The position numbers were made by a program, and so were the translations under genes. From positions 927,752-991,751 of the forward strand of contig OY970327.1 in NCBI GenBank assembly GCA_963717365.1: 64,000 nt of DNA. The letters are read 5' to 3'. Of this stretch, positions 46,827 through 56,564 are shown one piece after another. A model generated the notes under the pieces. That model had not been told where the DNA came from and made no database searches. It saw only the letters and a list, made by a program, of their open reading frames with translations. This DNA is from Candidatus Saccharimonadia bacterium. GTDB taxonomy: Bacteria > Patescibacteriota > Saccharimonadia > Saccharimonadales > 2-12-FULL-41-12. Numbering within the stretch: the stretch's first letter is position 1; the number at the start of each line of letters is the position of its first letter.

Positions 46827-47845
46827 TTGCCTTGTTTTGATTTAGTGTTATAGAGACCGCTATTGCGCATAAGGTCAAAGCGTTCTTTGTAGGTATGCCA
46901 CCATTCTTGGTTCTCTTTATACCAATCTATGGTTCGCTTGATGCCTTCTTCAAACGAAACACTTTGCTCCCAGCCCAACTTATTCTGGATGTAGGTAGGA
47001 TCGATGTCATAACGCATATCATGCCCCGGCCTGTCCTCTACAAATTGGAGTAAATCCCGAGACTTGCCGAGAAGATCAAGTACCGTTTCGGCAATTTGAA
47101 CCCCATTGCGCTGCGCTGCGCCTCCTACGCAATACGTTTCCCCAATTTCTCCCTCATGGATAGCTAAATCTATTGCTGAACAGTGGTCTTCAACAAAGAG
47201 ATAGTCACGGATAGCTTGTCCATTTCCGTATACTGGCAACGGCTGGTCATTTAAGGCGTTAGTTATAAAAACAGGAATGACCCGACCTGGTGAATCCCAG
47301 GGGCCATAATTATTCGAACAATTGGTAATGGTGAACGGAAGGCCATAGCTTTCACCGTAAGCTCTTACTATGTGGTCGCTTGATGCCTTGGAAGCTGCGT
47401 AGGGGCTCCGGGGGCTGTAAGGGGTATTCTCGTTAAATCGTACCGGGCTGCCTATCTCAAGCGTTCCAAACACCTCATCGGTAGACACATGATGAAACCG
47501 TTTTACTCCCTGCTTGATAGCTGCCCGCGCTACAGAGTCCGTTCCTAATATATTAGATTGGAGAAAGGGTCCTGGGTCGGCAATAGAGCGGTCAACGTGC
47601 GAGTAAGCCGCAAAATGAGCCACAACATCGGCACTTTTCAAAATTTCAACCATCTTCTGGTAGTCGCAAATATCAGCCTCTATGAAAGTAATATTATTAC
47701 TAATTGCCTTTAGCCGGTCACGGTCACCTGCATAGGTAAGCGCGTCAACTACGGTAATTTTATAATCAGGATATTTGTTTGCAATATAATGGGCGTAGTT
47801 GGAGCCAATAAAACCCGCTCCGCCAGTCACAATAATCTTATTCAT
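46823..47845 (-). CDS. rfbB: dTDP-glucose 4,6-dehydratase
   Basis: IIVTGGAGFIGSNY, HVSTDEVFG and YAASKASSDH (YxxxK). Confidence 0.95.
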   Translation of the reverse strand: MNKIIVTGGAGFIGSNYAHYIANKYPDYKITVVDALTYAGDRDRLKAISNNITFIEADICDYQKMVEILKSADVVAHFAAYSHVDRSIADPGPFLQSNILGTDSVARAAIKQGVKRFHHVSTDEVFGTLEIGSPVRFNENTPYSPRSPYAASKASSDHIVRAYGESYGLPFTITNCSNNYGPWDSPGRVIPVFITNALNDQPLPVYGNGQAIRDYLFVEDHCSAIDLAIHEGEIGETYCVGGAAQRNGVQIAETVLDLLGKSRDLLQFVEDRPGHDMRYDIDPTYIQNKLGWEQSVSFEEGIKRTIDWYKENQEWWHTYKERFDLMRNSGLYNTKSKQGN

Positions 47846-47858
47846 CTGAACTAGTATA

Positions 47859-48356
47859 TCACTTCGCAGTAAGTAGTTTCTGGAGGTCCTTTACGGCGTT
47901 TTCGCAATCAATAAATGCCATTTCCGGCATAGTATCCAACTTGCACCAGGCATGCTCGTTGTTTTCTTCTGACAAGATTACATCTCGGGTCTGACTCTCG
48001 AACAAATAGCTAGTTGCTAACGTATGTATCCCCGTTTCTCCATAGACTGATGGATATGTGCCAAGGTATGTAATTGGTTCGACTGCAAGCCCAGTTTCTT
48101 CTTTGATTTCTCGAATCAATGTATCAAGGGCTGTTTCTCCGGGTTCTACAAAACCTCCGGGTAGATCCCAAAAATCTTTACGCGGTGCACGAGCCCGTTT
48201 AATAACCAGATAATCATCATTATTTCGTATTAACGCTAGTGTGGCGGCCACTGGGGTAGGGTATCTGGTGAAGTGGCCTTTGGGACAAGTTGGGCAATTC
48301 TCTTTACCAGCTATCAACTGAGCGGTGCACTCTGGGCAGTATTTGTACTGGGTCAT
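47859..48356 (-). CDS. Nudix hydrolase with N-terminal zinc ribbon
   Basis: CPECTAQL...CPTCPKGH Zn ribbon. Canonical Nudix box GGFVEPGETALDTLIREIKEETGL. Confidence 0.85.
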   Translation of the reverse strand: MTQYKYCPECTAQLIAGKENCPTCPKGHFTRYPTPVAATLALIRNNDDYLVIKRARAPRKDFWDLPGGFVEPGETALDTLIREIKEETGLAVEPITYLGTYPSVYGETGIHTLATSYLFESQTRDVILSEENNEHAWCKLDTMPEMAFIDCENAVKDLQKLLTAK

Positions 48357-48428
48357 CTCAAATTATTGTACTGTTTAATTTTTAGCGTGGCTAGGTTGGA
48401 AACAAGATTAACGTTATAGTAAAGGCCA

Positions 48429-49469
48429 ATGATTACAGCGATTATCGCCGGCGGTTCCGGCACGCGCCTTTGGCCGCTTTCAACCTCTGACTACCCGAAG
48501 CATTTACTGGCTTTGGCGGGAGAAAAAACCATGGTCCAGAATACTTATGACAGGGCAAAGATTATGTCTGCCGATGTATATGTGGTTTCTGATATCAGCC
48601 ACGCCCACCATGTAAAGAAACAGCTTCCAATGGTAGACAAAGAGCATTTTATTATTGAGCCTGGTCGTCGGGGGACAGCAAACTGTATCACAGCTACACT
48701 TGCCTATATTGCTAAACGCCATGACCCTGATGAACCGGTGGCTTTTTTATTCGCAGACCACCATATCCGGGATGTTACCGGATTTATCCGATCATTTGAA
48801 ATCGCAGCTGATCTGTCCCGGCAAGAACAGCAAATTGTGTTGATTGGCATAGAACCGACCCACCCAACAACCGGTTTTGGGTATATTGAACGGGGTGAGG
48901 AAATGAAAGATAATGCAGGGATTCACCACATTAAAAGTTTTAAAGAAAAGCCTGATTTTAAAACTGCAAAAGAGTATCTTGCAACCGGTAATTACCTCTG
49001 GAACTGTGGCTATTTTGTTGGTTCAGTCAATGCCTTTACCGGTCAAATGAAACGCAGTGCTCCTGAACTAAAAGCCCGCTTTGACAAATTATCTGCCTTT
49101 GATGACATTAATGCAGAAACCTATAAAAATACCTATCTGGAGTTTGCTTCTGAAGTAATTGAACTAACGTTAATTGAAAAGTCCAAAGATCTCATTGTTG
49201 TTTCAGCTAATTTTGACTGGATGGATCTAGGCTCGTTCCAAGACCTACACGCCGCTAACGAACTAGATGAGAAGGGTAATCATTTGCGCGGTAAAAATAT
49301 TTATGATGAAGCAGTCGAAAATTCATATATCCGCAACGAAGAAGATAAGCCGGTGGTTGTTATCGGGCTCGACAACATCGTGGTTGTTAATACGCCAGAC
49401 GGAGTATTAGTTACCCGAAAAGACATATCTCAAAAAGTTGGTGACATCGCCAAGCGGATTGATCAGTAG
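48429..49469 (+). CDS. manC: Mannose-1-phosphate guanylyltransferase (ManC-type, transferase domain only)
   Basis: [39 protein letters not shown]. Confidence 0.8.
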   Translation: MITAIIAGGSGTRLWPLSTSDYPKHLLALAGEKTMVQNTYDRAKIMSADVYVVSDISHAHHVKKQLPMVDKEHFIIEPGRRGTANCITATLAYIAKRHDPDEPVAFLFADHHIRDVTGFIRSFEIAADLSRQEQQIVLIGIEPTHPTTGFGYIERGEEMKDNAGIHHIKSFKEKPDFKTAKEYLATGNYLWNCGYFVGSVNAFTGQMKRSAPELKARFDKLSAFDDINAETYKNTYLEFASEVIELTLIEKSKDLIVVSANFDWMDLGSFQDLHAANELDEKGNHLRGKNIYDEAVENSYIRNEEDKPVVVIGLDNIVVVNTPDGVLVTRKDISQKVGDIAKRIDQ

Positions 49470-50473
49470 CCGTTTGGATTCTGCGATTGCCATTTCCAGG
49501 CATCGGCGCAGGCATCATTTAAGGACAATTCTGTCTTCCATCGCAGCATTTTATTAGCCTTTGATGGATCAGCGTAGCAGGCTGCGATATCGCCATCACG
49601 GCGCTTCACAATCTTATAGGGAACAGGCTTTCCTGAAGCTTCTTCAAATGCTGTGATTACCTCGAGTACCGAACACCCGGTTCCACTGCCCAGGTTAAAA
49701 GGTTCAAAATTATCCGATTGGCCAATATGCTGCAAAGCTGCCACATGGCCGTGTGCCAGGTCCATGACATGTATGTAATCCCGCACGCCGGTTCCATCAG
49801 GGGTCGGGTAATCATTTCCAAAAATGTTTAATTCTTTACGCTTGCCTACCGCCACTTGGGCGATATACGGCATCAAATTATTCGGTATGCCGTTCGGGTC
49901 TTCGCCGATTAAGCCGGAGGGGTGCGCTCCTACGGGGTTAAAATAACGCAGACATGACACATAAAAATCAGGCTGGGCTTTGCAAATATCCCGTAAAATC
50001 CGCTCAATCATAAACTTGGTCTCACCGTATGGGTTAGTAGTGCTGAGTGGAAAATCCTCTCTAATGGGAACAGTTTCTGGGTCGCCGTACACCGTGGCCG
50101 ATGAACTAAACACCAATTTTTTTACGCCATATTTTATCATTGTTTTACATACATTAAGCGTTGAAACCAAGTTATTTTGGTAGTAGCGGAGTGGCTCCGC
50201 TACTGATTCTCCAACTGACTTAAGTCCTGCGAAGTGTATAACCGCGTCAAATGCATGGTTGCTAAAAATATTTTCCAGCTGTGAAGCATTACACAGATCA
50301 GCCTTTATTAGCCCGACATTTTTATCGGTTATTTTTTCGACCCGTCTGATTGATTCCGGGCTGCTGTTAGAAAAATTATCCACTGCCACCACTTCGTAAT
50401 TTGCATCGAGCAATCTAATAATTGTGTGGCTGCCAATGTACCCTGCTCCGCCAGTAACCAATACTTTAGCCAT
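49463..50473 (-). CDS. galE: UDP-glucose 4-epimerase
   Basis: VLVTGGAGYIGSHT, YGETKFMIE (YxxxK), RYFNPVGAHPSGLIGEDP. Confidence 0.92.
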   Translation of the reverse strand: MAKVLVTGGAGYIGSHTIIRLLDANYEVVAVDNFSNSSPESIRRVEKITDKNVGLIKADLCNASQLENIFSNHAFDAVIHFAGLKSVGESVAEPLRYYQNNLVSTLNVCKTMIKYGVKKLVFSSSATVYGDPETVPIREDFPLSTTNPYGETKFMIERILRDICKAQPDFYVSCLRYFNPVGAHPSGLIGEDPNGIPNNLMPYIAQVAVGKRKELNIFGNDYPTPDGTGVRDYIHVMDLAHGHVAALQHIGQSDNFEPFNLGSGTGCSVLEVITAFEEASGKPVPYKIVKRRDGDIAACYADPSKANKMLRWKTELSLNDACADAWKWQSQNPNGY

Positions 50474-50567
50474 GTGCTTAGTGTACTAAATCTTGAGATC
50501 ATCCCTAAAAAAGTTATACTAAAACGGATACAACTAATCTGAAAAACACAATATTAAGGAGTGATGG

Positions 50568-51335
50568 ATGAAGCAATTAATAACATTTGATTTAGACGGT
50601 ACGCTCGCTCCCAGTAAATCCACACTGCCACCACGTATGACCGGCCTTATGAACCAACTCCTTGAAAAATACCAGGTCTGTATTATCTCTGGCGGCAAAT
50701 ACGAGCTCTTCCAACGGCAGGTACTAACTCAGATCACAACGGATCCGGCGTTGCTGGGCAAGCTGCACCTGATGCCTACCAGCGGCACCCGTTATTACCA
50801 TTTTGAAAATGGAGAATGGGTAGAAAAATATGCCGAAAATATTGACGAAGCAGGCAAGAAAAGAATCACTAAAGCCCTGGAAGAGGGCTTGGAAGAATCC
50901 GGTTACCGCGAGGAAAAACTTTATGGCGATATTATAGAAGATAGAGACAGCCAAGTATCGCTGTCCGTTCTTGGCCAGGAGATAGTAGCTGAGCTCGGCG
51001 ACGAAGGAGTACGTATTAAGGAGGAATGGGATCCTGATGGTACAAAGAAATTAAAACTTCGTGACATTATTGCTCCAAAAATACCAGAATTTGAAGTCAG
51101 GGCGGCTGGAGCAACGACCATCGATGTAACGTTGCCCGGTATAGATAAAGCTTACGGCATGCAAAAACTAATTGATGCAACAGGCTTGCAAAAACAGGAT
51201 ATTTTATTCATGGGTGACAAGATTATGGAAGGCGGTAACGATTTTGCCGTCCTTAAAATGGGCATTGACTGCATCGCGGTCCGGAACTGGGAAGATACTT
51301 CTTACGCCATGGAAGCACTGGTTAAGGTTAGTTAA
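50568..51335 (+). CDS. HAD-IIB family phosphatase/phosphomannomutase-like (eukaryotic PMM type)
   Basis: HAD motif I is FDLDGTLAPSKS and the C-terminal motif is MGDKIMEGGNDF. Size and cap region resemble PMM-type HAD-IIB enzymes. Confidence 0.65.
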   Translation: MKQLITFDLDGTLAPSKSTLPPRMTGLMNQLLEKYQVCIISGGKYELFQRQVLTQITTDPALLGKLHLMPTSGTRYYHFENGEWVEKYAENIDEAGKKRITKALEEGLEESGYREEKLYGDIIEDRDSQVSLSVLGQEIVAELGDEGVRIKEEWDPDGTKKLKLRDIIAPKIPEFEVRAAGATTIDVTLPGIDKAYGMQKLIDATGLQKQDILFMGDKIMEGGNDFAVLKMGIDCIAVRNWEDTSYAMEALVKVS

Positions 51336-51338
51336 GCT

Positions 51339-53171
51339 CTATTCCACTGTCACTGATTTAGCCAGGTTGCGCGGCCGGTCAACATTGAGACCTTTTTCTA
51401 CCGCCACATAGTATGAAAACAGCTGTAGTACCACCGCAATCAGCAAGGGCTGCAATTGCTCAATTGTTTTGGGGATATAAATTATATCCCGGATGAGTTG
51501 CTTAACCTGCTTATTGCCCTCACTGGATATTGCCAGAATAGGACCTTTGCGGGCACGGATTTCTTCTATATTAGACAGAGTTTTATCAAGCAGCGGCGAG
51601 TCGCAGGCCAGTGCAAAAGTGGCAAAATCCTTATCAATCATAGCCAGCGGCCCGTGTTTCATTTCTCCGGCAGCATAGCCTTCGGCGTGGATATACGAAA
51701 TTTCTTTTAACTTGAGGGCACCTTCCATTGCGCAAGGGAACGAGTAGCCGCGGCCAATAAACAGCATATCGCGGTAATTGGCATATTTCTTGGCCAGCTT
51801 GATTATGCTGGTCGTGTCTTCTAAAATTGTTTCAATTTTTTCCGGCAGCCTTAATAGCTCTTCCATCACCGGTTTATAAAGCGGGGTACGGCCTTGGCTT
51901 AGATGTAACGCAACTTCTGTAAGTACGGTTACCTGGGCAATGAATGCTTTCGTACTGGCAACCGATTGTTCGGGGCCGGCATGGCAGTAGACGCCAGCGT
52001 CGGTCATGCGGGCGATGGTTGAGCCAACGGCGTTGACAATACCAAGCTTCAATACCCCATAGCCCTCTACTTTTTTGATGGCTGCAATTGTGTCGGCTGT
52101 TTCACCGGACTGTGAAATAGCTAGCAGGGCGGTACTCCGTGAGAATGGCTCGCTTCTATACTTAAATTCGCTGGCCAGATGTACTTCTACCGGAATACCG
52201 GCAATCTCTTCAATTAAATACTCTCCAACCAACCCGGCGTAATAAGAAGTACCACAGGCCACAATCACAATGCGGTCGATATAGCGCAGCTGTTCCTCAA
52301 CAGTTTCCAGCCCTCCCAATTTGATCGTGCCAGACTTCGGTCGGACGCGGCCGTTGGTCGCCGAACGGATCGTATCGGGAGTCTCATTAATTTCCTTGAG
52401 CATAAAGTGCGGATATTTACCCAGACCAACCTGTTCGATGTCGTAGTCAAGTTCGGTAGCATTATGTTTGACCAATTTTGTACTTTTACTATTTTTCACC
52501 GATACGTCAGTTGGGGTTACCTTGGCAATTTCATAGTCATTCAAAAAGATAACTTTTTTAGTATGTTCAGCGATGGCACTCGGGTCTGATGCAATAAAAT
52601 TTTCTTTTATGCCAATACCAACTACCAAAGGGCTGCTCAAACGGGCAATATAGAGCGTATCAGGTTCGTGCGTGGTAGCTGCCGCGATGGCATAAGCGCC
52701 GTGCAGGTCTTGAATCGTGGCGGTAAAGGCTCTCTGGAAGTCCTGATGTTGCTTTAGATGATAGTCAATCAGGTGAGGAATCACTTCAGTATCAGTGTTG
52801 GAGACAAATACATAACCAGCCTTAGTAAGCATCTTCCGGATTTCACGGTGGTTTTCTATAATGCCGTTATGCACCACAAAGATTGTTTCATCGGTATTAG
52901 TGTGTGGGTGGGCGTTGGCGGTAGTTGGTTCACCGTGCGTAGCCCAGCGGGTGTGCCCGATGGCAGTATGAGCCGTGTTGGCTAATGTATGGGCTGTGCT
53001 AGCTGCTTCGATATTCTTAACGCGGCCAATCTCTTTAAAAGTTATCGCGTCGGTTTTGTTGAGCAGAGTGACCCCAGCTGAATCGTATCCTCGATATTCT
53101 AGGGACTTAAGCCCATCAAGCACCGGTTGCAATGCCATTTGTTTTCCAGTATAGCCAACGATTCCGCACAT
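51339..53171 (-). CDS. glmS: Glutamine--fructose-6-phosphate aminotransferase
   Basis: N-terminal catalytic Cys in MCGIVGY. GHTRWATHG. Two SIS domains. C-terminal ...LAKSVTVE. Confidence 0.95.
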   Translation of the reverse strand: MCGIVGYTGKQMALQPVLDGLKSLEYRGYDSAGVTLLNKTDAITFKEIGRVKNIEAASTAHTLANTAHTAIGHTRWATHGEPTTANAHPHTNTDETIFVVHNGIIENHREIRKMLTKAGYVFVSNTDTEVIPHLIDYHLKQHQDFQRAFTATIQDLHGAYAIAAATTHEPDTLYIARLSSPLVVGIGIKENFIASDPSAIAEHTKKVIFLNDYEIAKVTPTDVSVKNSKSTKLVKHNATELDYDIEQVGLGKYPHFMLKEINETPDTIRSATNGRVRPKSGTIKLGGLETVEEQLRYIDRIVIVACGTSYYAGLVGEYLIEEIAGIPVEVHLASEFKYRSEPFSRSTALLAISQSGETADTIAAIKKVEGYGVLKLGIVNAVGSTIARMTDAGVYCHAGPEQSVASTKAFIAQVTVLTEVALHLSQGRTPLYKPVMEELLRLPEKIETILEDTTSIIKLAKKYANYRDMLFIGRGYSFPCAMEGALKLKEISYIHAEGYAAGEMKHGPLAMIDKDFATFALACDSPLLDKTLSNIEEIRARKGPILAISSEGNKQVKQLIRDIIYIPKTIEQLQPLLIAVVLQLFSYYVAVEKGLNVDRPRNLAKSVTVE

Positions 53172-53227
53172 AGGTATATGCTCCTAAAGATTAAAATTTT
53201 GTAAGGCGGTAGAGTCTAGTATATAAC

Positions 53228-54340
53228 TTATATAACTTTTACAATCTCTGCGGTCATGTTTTCCACAAATTTTTCGTTCGAAAAGCGTTCGGCGGCTTTC
53301 TTTATATCGCTGGACGAATATTTGCTTGCGTCAAACGCTTTTAAAGCCCGTACCAATGATTTCACGGTTTGCTCTTTAAAGAACAGACCGGTTTTTTCGG
53401 TTACGTAATCCAGAGAACCGCCGGCTTTGTAGGCAATTACAGGCGTACCGGCTGCCAGTGCTTCTACCGGCGAAATGCCAAAATCATCGACACCGGGGAA
53501 TAAAAAGGCTTCTGCTCCGGCTACTAAATCTGCCACTTCCTGGTCGCTCACAAAGCCCGGAAACACCACGCTTGGACCGGCCATTTTACGGAGACGCGAA
53601 TTATCGGGGCCGTTGCCGATCACCGTTAATGGCAGATTTAACTGGCTGCAGGCCTGAACGGCCAAGTCGATCCGCTTATAAGGTGTCTGGCGGCCGGTGA
53701 TCACAAACCCATTACGTTTTGTCTCCGGCCGAGTATTTTTAAACCGTTCAGTATCTACCGGTGGAAATACAACTACACTGTCACGCTGGTAGTACTGCTT
53801 GATTCCTGCCTGCGTATGACTAGAATTTGCTAACAAGTGATGGGGCTTTTGAGCAGTTTGAAAGTCCCAGTTACGCAGCGGTTTAACTAATAACTTCAAG
53901 CCAATTCGTGCCAAAGGGTCAAGCCGGCCAAAACCAGGATGTTGCATGTATTCATCGTAACGACTCCAGTAGTAGTGGGTCGGCGCATTTATGTACGCTA
54001 TATGTAGCGCCCCTGCTGGAACGCTAATGCCCTTCGCTTCAGCTCCGGAACTACTGATTATAAGATCATATCCATGCAAGTTAATCTGCGAAAACCACCA
54101 GACACGTAAAAACGGCACAAACTTGCGTAATTTTGGGAAGAGCCCCTTTTGCAGCCAGCCAGTGATGACTTTATTATCAAGCCGTGAGCGCCACTCAGGC
54201 GTGCAATATGACGCGTAAATAGGGGCATCAGGGAACATATGGTGCAGCTCAAGCACAACCTTCTCAGCCCCGCCAGCAATCAGCCAGTCGCAGACAATGG
54301 CTACTTTTTTTGATTGGAGTTGTGTGTCGTCCGTTTTCAT
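53228..54340 (-). CDS. Glycosyltransferase family 4
   Basis: VAIVCDWLIAGGAEKVV at the N-terminus. GT-B C-terminal motif LFPGVDDFGISPVEALAAGTPVIA. Confidence 0.8.
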   Translation of the reverse strand: MKTDDTQLQSKKVAIVCDWLIAGGAEKVVLELHHMFPDAPIYASYCTPEWRSRLDNKVITGWLQKGLFPKLRKFVPFLRVWWFSQINLHGYDLIISSSGAEAKGISVPAGALHIAYINAPTHYYWSRYDEYMQHPGFGRLDPLARIGLKLLVKPLRNWDFQTAQKPHHLLANSSHTQAGIKQYYQRDSVVVFPPVDTERFKNTRPETKRNGFVITGRQTPYKRIDLAVQACSQLNLPLTVIGNGPDNSRLRKMAGPSVVFPGFVSDQEVADLVAGAEAFLFPGVDDFGISPVEALAAGTPVIAYKAGGSLDYVTEKTGLFFKEQTVKSLVRALKAFDASKYSSSDIKKAAERFSNEKFVENMTAEIVKVI

Positions 54341-54349
54341 GGTTAAGGG

Positions 54350-54748
54350 TTATTTTACCAACTGCACAAGCTTAGGTAATTTGGCGGCCAGTTTTTTATC
54401 GTAAGTGAGTAACGGAAGATCATTATTAAGTTCGGCATAAACTGCTAGGCAAACATCTACAAAAGATAGCGTTGGATGGGCGACATACAGGGGAACAGCT
54501 TTTTGCAACATAGCCCGGTTGCAGTTAATTTGTGGAAGGCCCACCAATGTCTCGATATTAGCAGCAATAGCATCTCGGCTTTGGGCGTGGGCTGGTCCTT
54601 GCAGAATCCAGACTACCTCTGCAAAAACATAGTCAGCTACCGCAAATTCTTGCCCTGACTGCGCAATAAGCTGCTCGATCTGGCTGGACTGGGCAGGAAC
54701 ATCTCCTAGCAAGAGACGTAAAACAATATTTGTATCAAGACTTTTCAT
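54350..54748 (-). CDS. vapC: PIN-domain toxin (VapC-like)
   Basis: LDTNIVLRLLLGD supplies the first Asp. Later motifs are FAEVVWIL and SFVDVCLAVYAE. It overlaps the antitoxin stop by 1 nt. Confidence 0.8.
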   Translation of the reverse strand: MKSLDTNIVLRLLLGDVPAQSSQIEQLIAQSGQEFAVADYVFAEVVWILQGPAHAQSRDAIAANIETLVGLPQINCNRAMLQKAVPLYVAHPTLSFVDVCLAVYAELNNDLPLLTYDKKLAAKLPKLVQLVK

Positions 54749-55038
54749 TACCTAAGGCTGTTCTGATATTTTTCCAGGGCTGCTTGTTCTGCTGCTTGGT
54801 TGATTGCATCATCCAACTCTTCGTCGGACATAGGTTTTATGTTATTTTTTCGCATATGGGCTTGATTTTTGGCTTGGATTTTACGCAGATCAGATAACCA
54901 ATCTATTTTCTCTATAATTACTTTGTTGCCCTGCATATTAATAGATAGCCGTTCACCCGGCTTAATGCCAAGTTTTTTACGAAACGGAGCAGGCAAAGTC
55001 ATTTGGCCTTTGCTGGTAACTTTTGTTTGATAGGTCAT
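54748..55038 (-). CDS. vapB: AbrB/SpoVT-MazE-fold antitoxin (VapB-like)
   Basis: KVTSKGQMTLPAPFRKKLGIKPGERLSI is the classic swapped-hairpin AbrB-type DNA-binding motif. 96 aa. Confidence 0.8.
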   Translation of the reverse strand: MTYQTKVTSKGQMTLPAPFRKKLGIKPGERLSINMQGNKVIIEKIDWLSDLRKIQAKNQAHMRKNNIKPMSDEELDDAINQAAEQAALEKYQNSLR

Positions 55039-55103
55039 AATGTTGCTTTACTTTTCATAAGTATTACTTTATCAAATGTAATACCAAATGTCAAGGTATT
55101 ACT

Positions 55104-56528
55104 TTATTTAGCCCCAGCGCCGGCAATAATTGCTCGCACCGTCTTCAGCAAAATTACTAAATCAAGCCAGAAGCTCCAGTTCTGTACATAGTAGGCATCC
55201 AGTTTACGCCGTTCCTCAAAACTGATATCGCGTCGTCCTGACACCTGTGCCAGACCGGTTAGTCCAGAGCGAACACTTAACAGATTATGCTTGTGTGGAT
55301 AGTTTTTGAGCTCTTCCGGGACCAAGGCTCGTGGACCAATTAGGCTGATATCGCCTTTTAAGACATTAATCAACTGGGGTAGTTCGTCGATACTGGCGGA
55401 CCGTAAGATGTTTCCGCTCCGGGTGATACGCGGATCATGGCGAATGGTGTCGCCGCCGGCGCGGTATTGTTTGGCTAATTCGGCCTTCCCAATCATGGCA
55501 AATGCTTCCTCTGGGGTGGTACCATCGAACTTTTTGTACTGACTGCGAAATTTATAGACCTTAAATGGGCGATCAAACTGGGTTAATCTAATCTGTGAAA
55601 ATACCAGAGTTTCCCGAGGATTCAGTAGTTTCATTATAATTATCGCTACCAACATAATTGGGCTAGTAACAACTAATAAAATAATGGCTGCCAAAATATC
55701 GAACAATCGTTTCACTATACGGCCCCAGCCAACCAGCGCGGTCTGATGGACGGTTACTACCGGTGTCCCACGAAATAACTCAACCTCGATGTTGCCAATA
55801 AACAACTCACTATTACCAGGGATGAAACGATATGTAATATGATTGTTTTGAGCGTAGCTCATGATCTCGTCATTTTTGAGACCGTCTTTGTATAGTTCGG
55901 TCTGCACGATTGTATGAACAGTCGTATTTTGGAGATTACTAACTGCTTGTTCAAAGCTATTAAACTGCTGGAACTTGCTGGTTTTACCAACAACCCCAAC
56001 AATGCGATAACCGGAGTGCCGGGTATGTTCAAGTTCGGCAATCAAGCCAGCCCGGGCGCTATCCTCGCCGCCGATGATCAATACGTTCGTCACGCCGCTG
56101 CCAAAGCTAAAGAACACACTGCGCAGCAGCCGTGCGACACCCCTAAAGAACAATAGATAACTGAACCCAAGTAACAGAGCGTAGACCACGACCAGCCGGG
56201 CAGGGAAGAGTTCCTCGTTTGAAATAAAGTCGTAGCCAATAACGACCAGGATACCCAAGAAGGAACCAACAATCAGTCTCCCAAACTCCCTAAAGCGGTT
56301 TTCATAGGTGTTGCGGTGGTACAACCCAATCAGGGCATGGACAGCAATCCATAAGGGTATAACCGCCAGAAAGGCGTACAGGTAGGTCTCGGCTGGAATC
56401 TGCTGGATCAGTGGACGGTCATCTACCTTAACGCGCAAAATGTAGGCACTGGTAAAAGCTGCCACCAGTGCCAAAAAGTCGCCGAGTATCAGGAATAGCG
56501 CGTAAACTAGCGAAGCATTATTTTTCAT
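55104..56528 (-). CDS. Polyprenyl-phosphate hexose-1-phosphate transferase (WbaP/CpsE-type initiating sugar transferase)
   Basis: Four to five N-terminal TM helices and a central Rossmann-like region. The C-terminal bacterial sugar-transferase domain carries KRLFDILAAIILL, RPFKVYKFRSQ, DELPQLINVLKGDISLIGPRA and YVQNWSFWLDL. Confidence 0.85.
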   Translation of the reverse strand: MKNNASLVYALFLILGDFLALVAAFTSAYILRVKVDDRPLIQQIPAETYLYAFLAVIPLWIAVHALIGLYHRNTYENRFREFGRLIVGSFLGILVVIGYDFISNEELFPARLVVVYALLLGFSYLLFFRGVARLLRSVFFSFGSGVTNVLIIGGEDSARAGLIAELEHTRHSGYRIVGVVGKTSKFQQFNSFEQAVSNLQNTTVHTIVQTELYKDGLKNDEIMSYAQNNHITYRFIPGNSELFIGNIEVELFRGTPVVTVHQTALVGWGRIVKRLFDILAAIILLVVTSPIMLVAIIIMKLLNPRETLVFSQIRLTQFDRPFKVYKFRSQYKKFDGTTPEEAFAMIGKAELAKQYRAGGDTIRHDPRITRSGNILRSASIDELPQLINVLKGDISLIGPRALVPEELKNYPHKHNLLSVRSGLTGLAQVSGRRDISFEERRKLDAYYVQNWSFWLDLVILLKTVRAIIAGAGAK

Positions 56529-56564
56529 GGGTTAACTATATTGTATCATCGGTTAAACCTCCCT

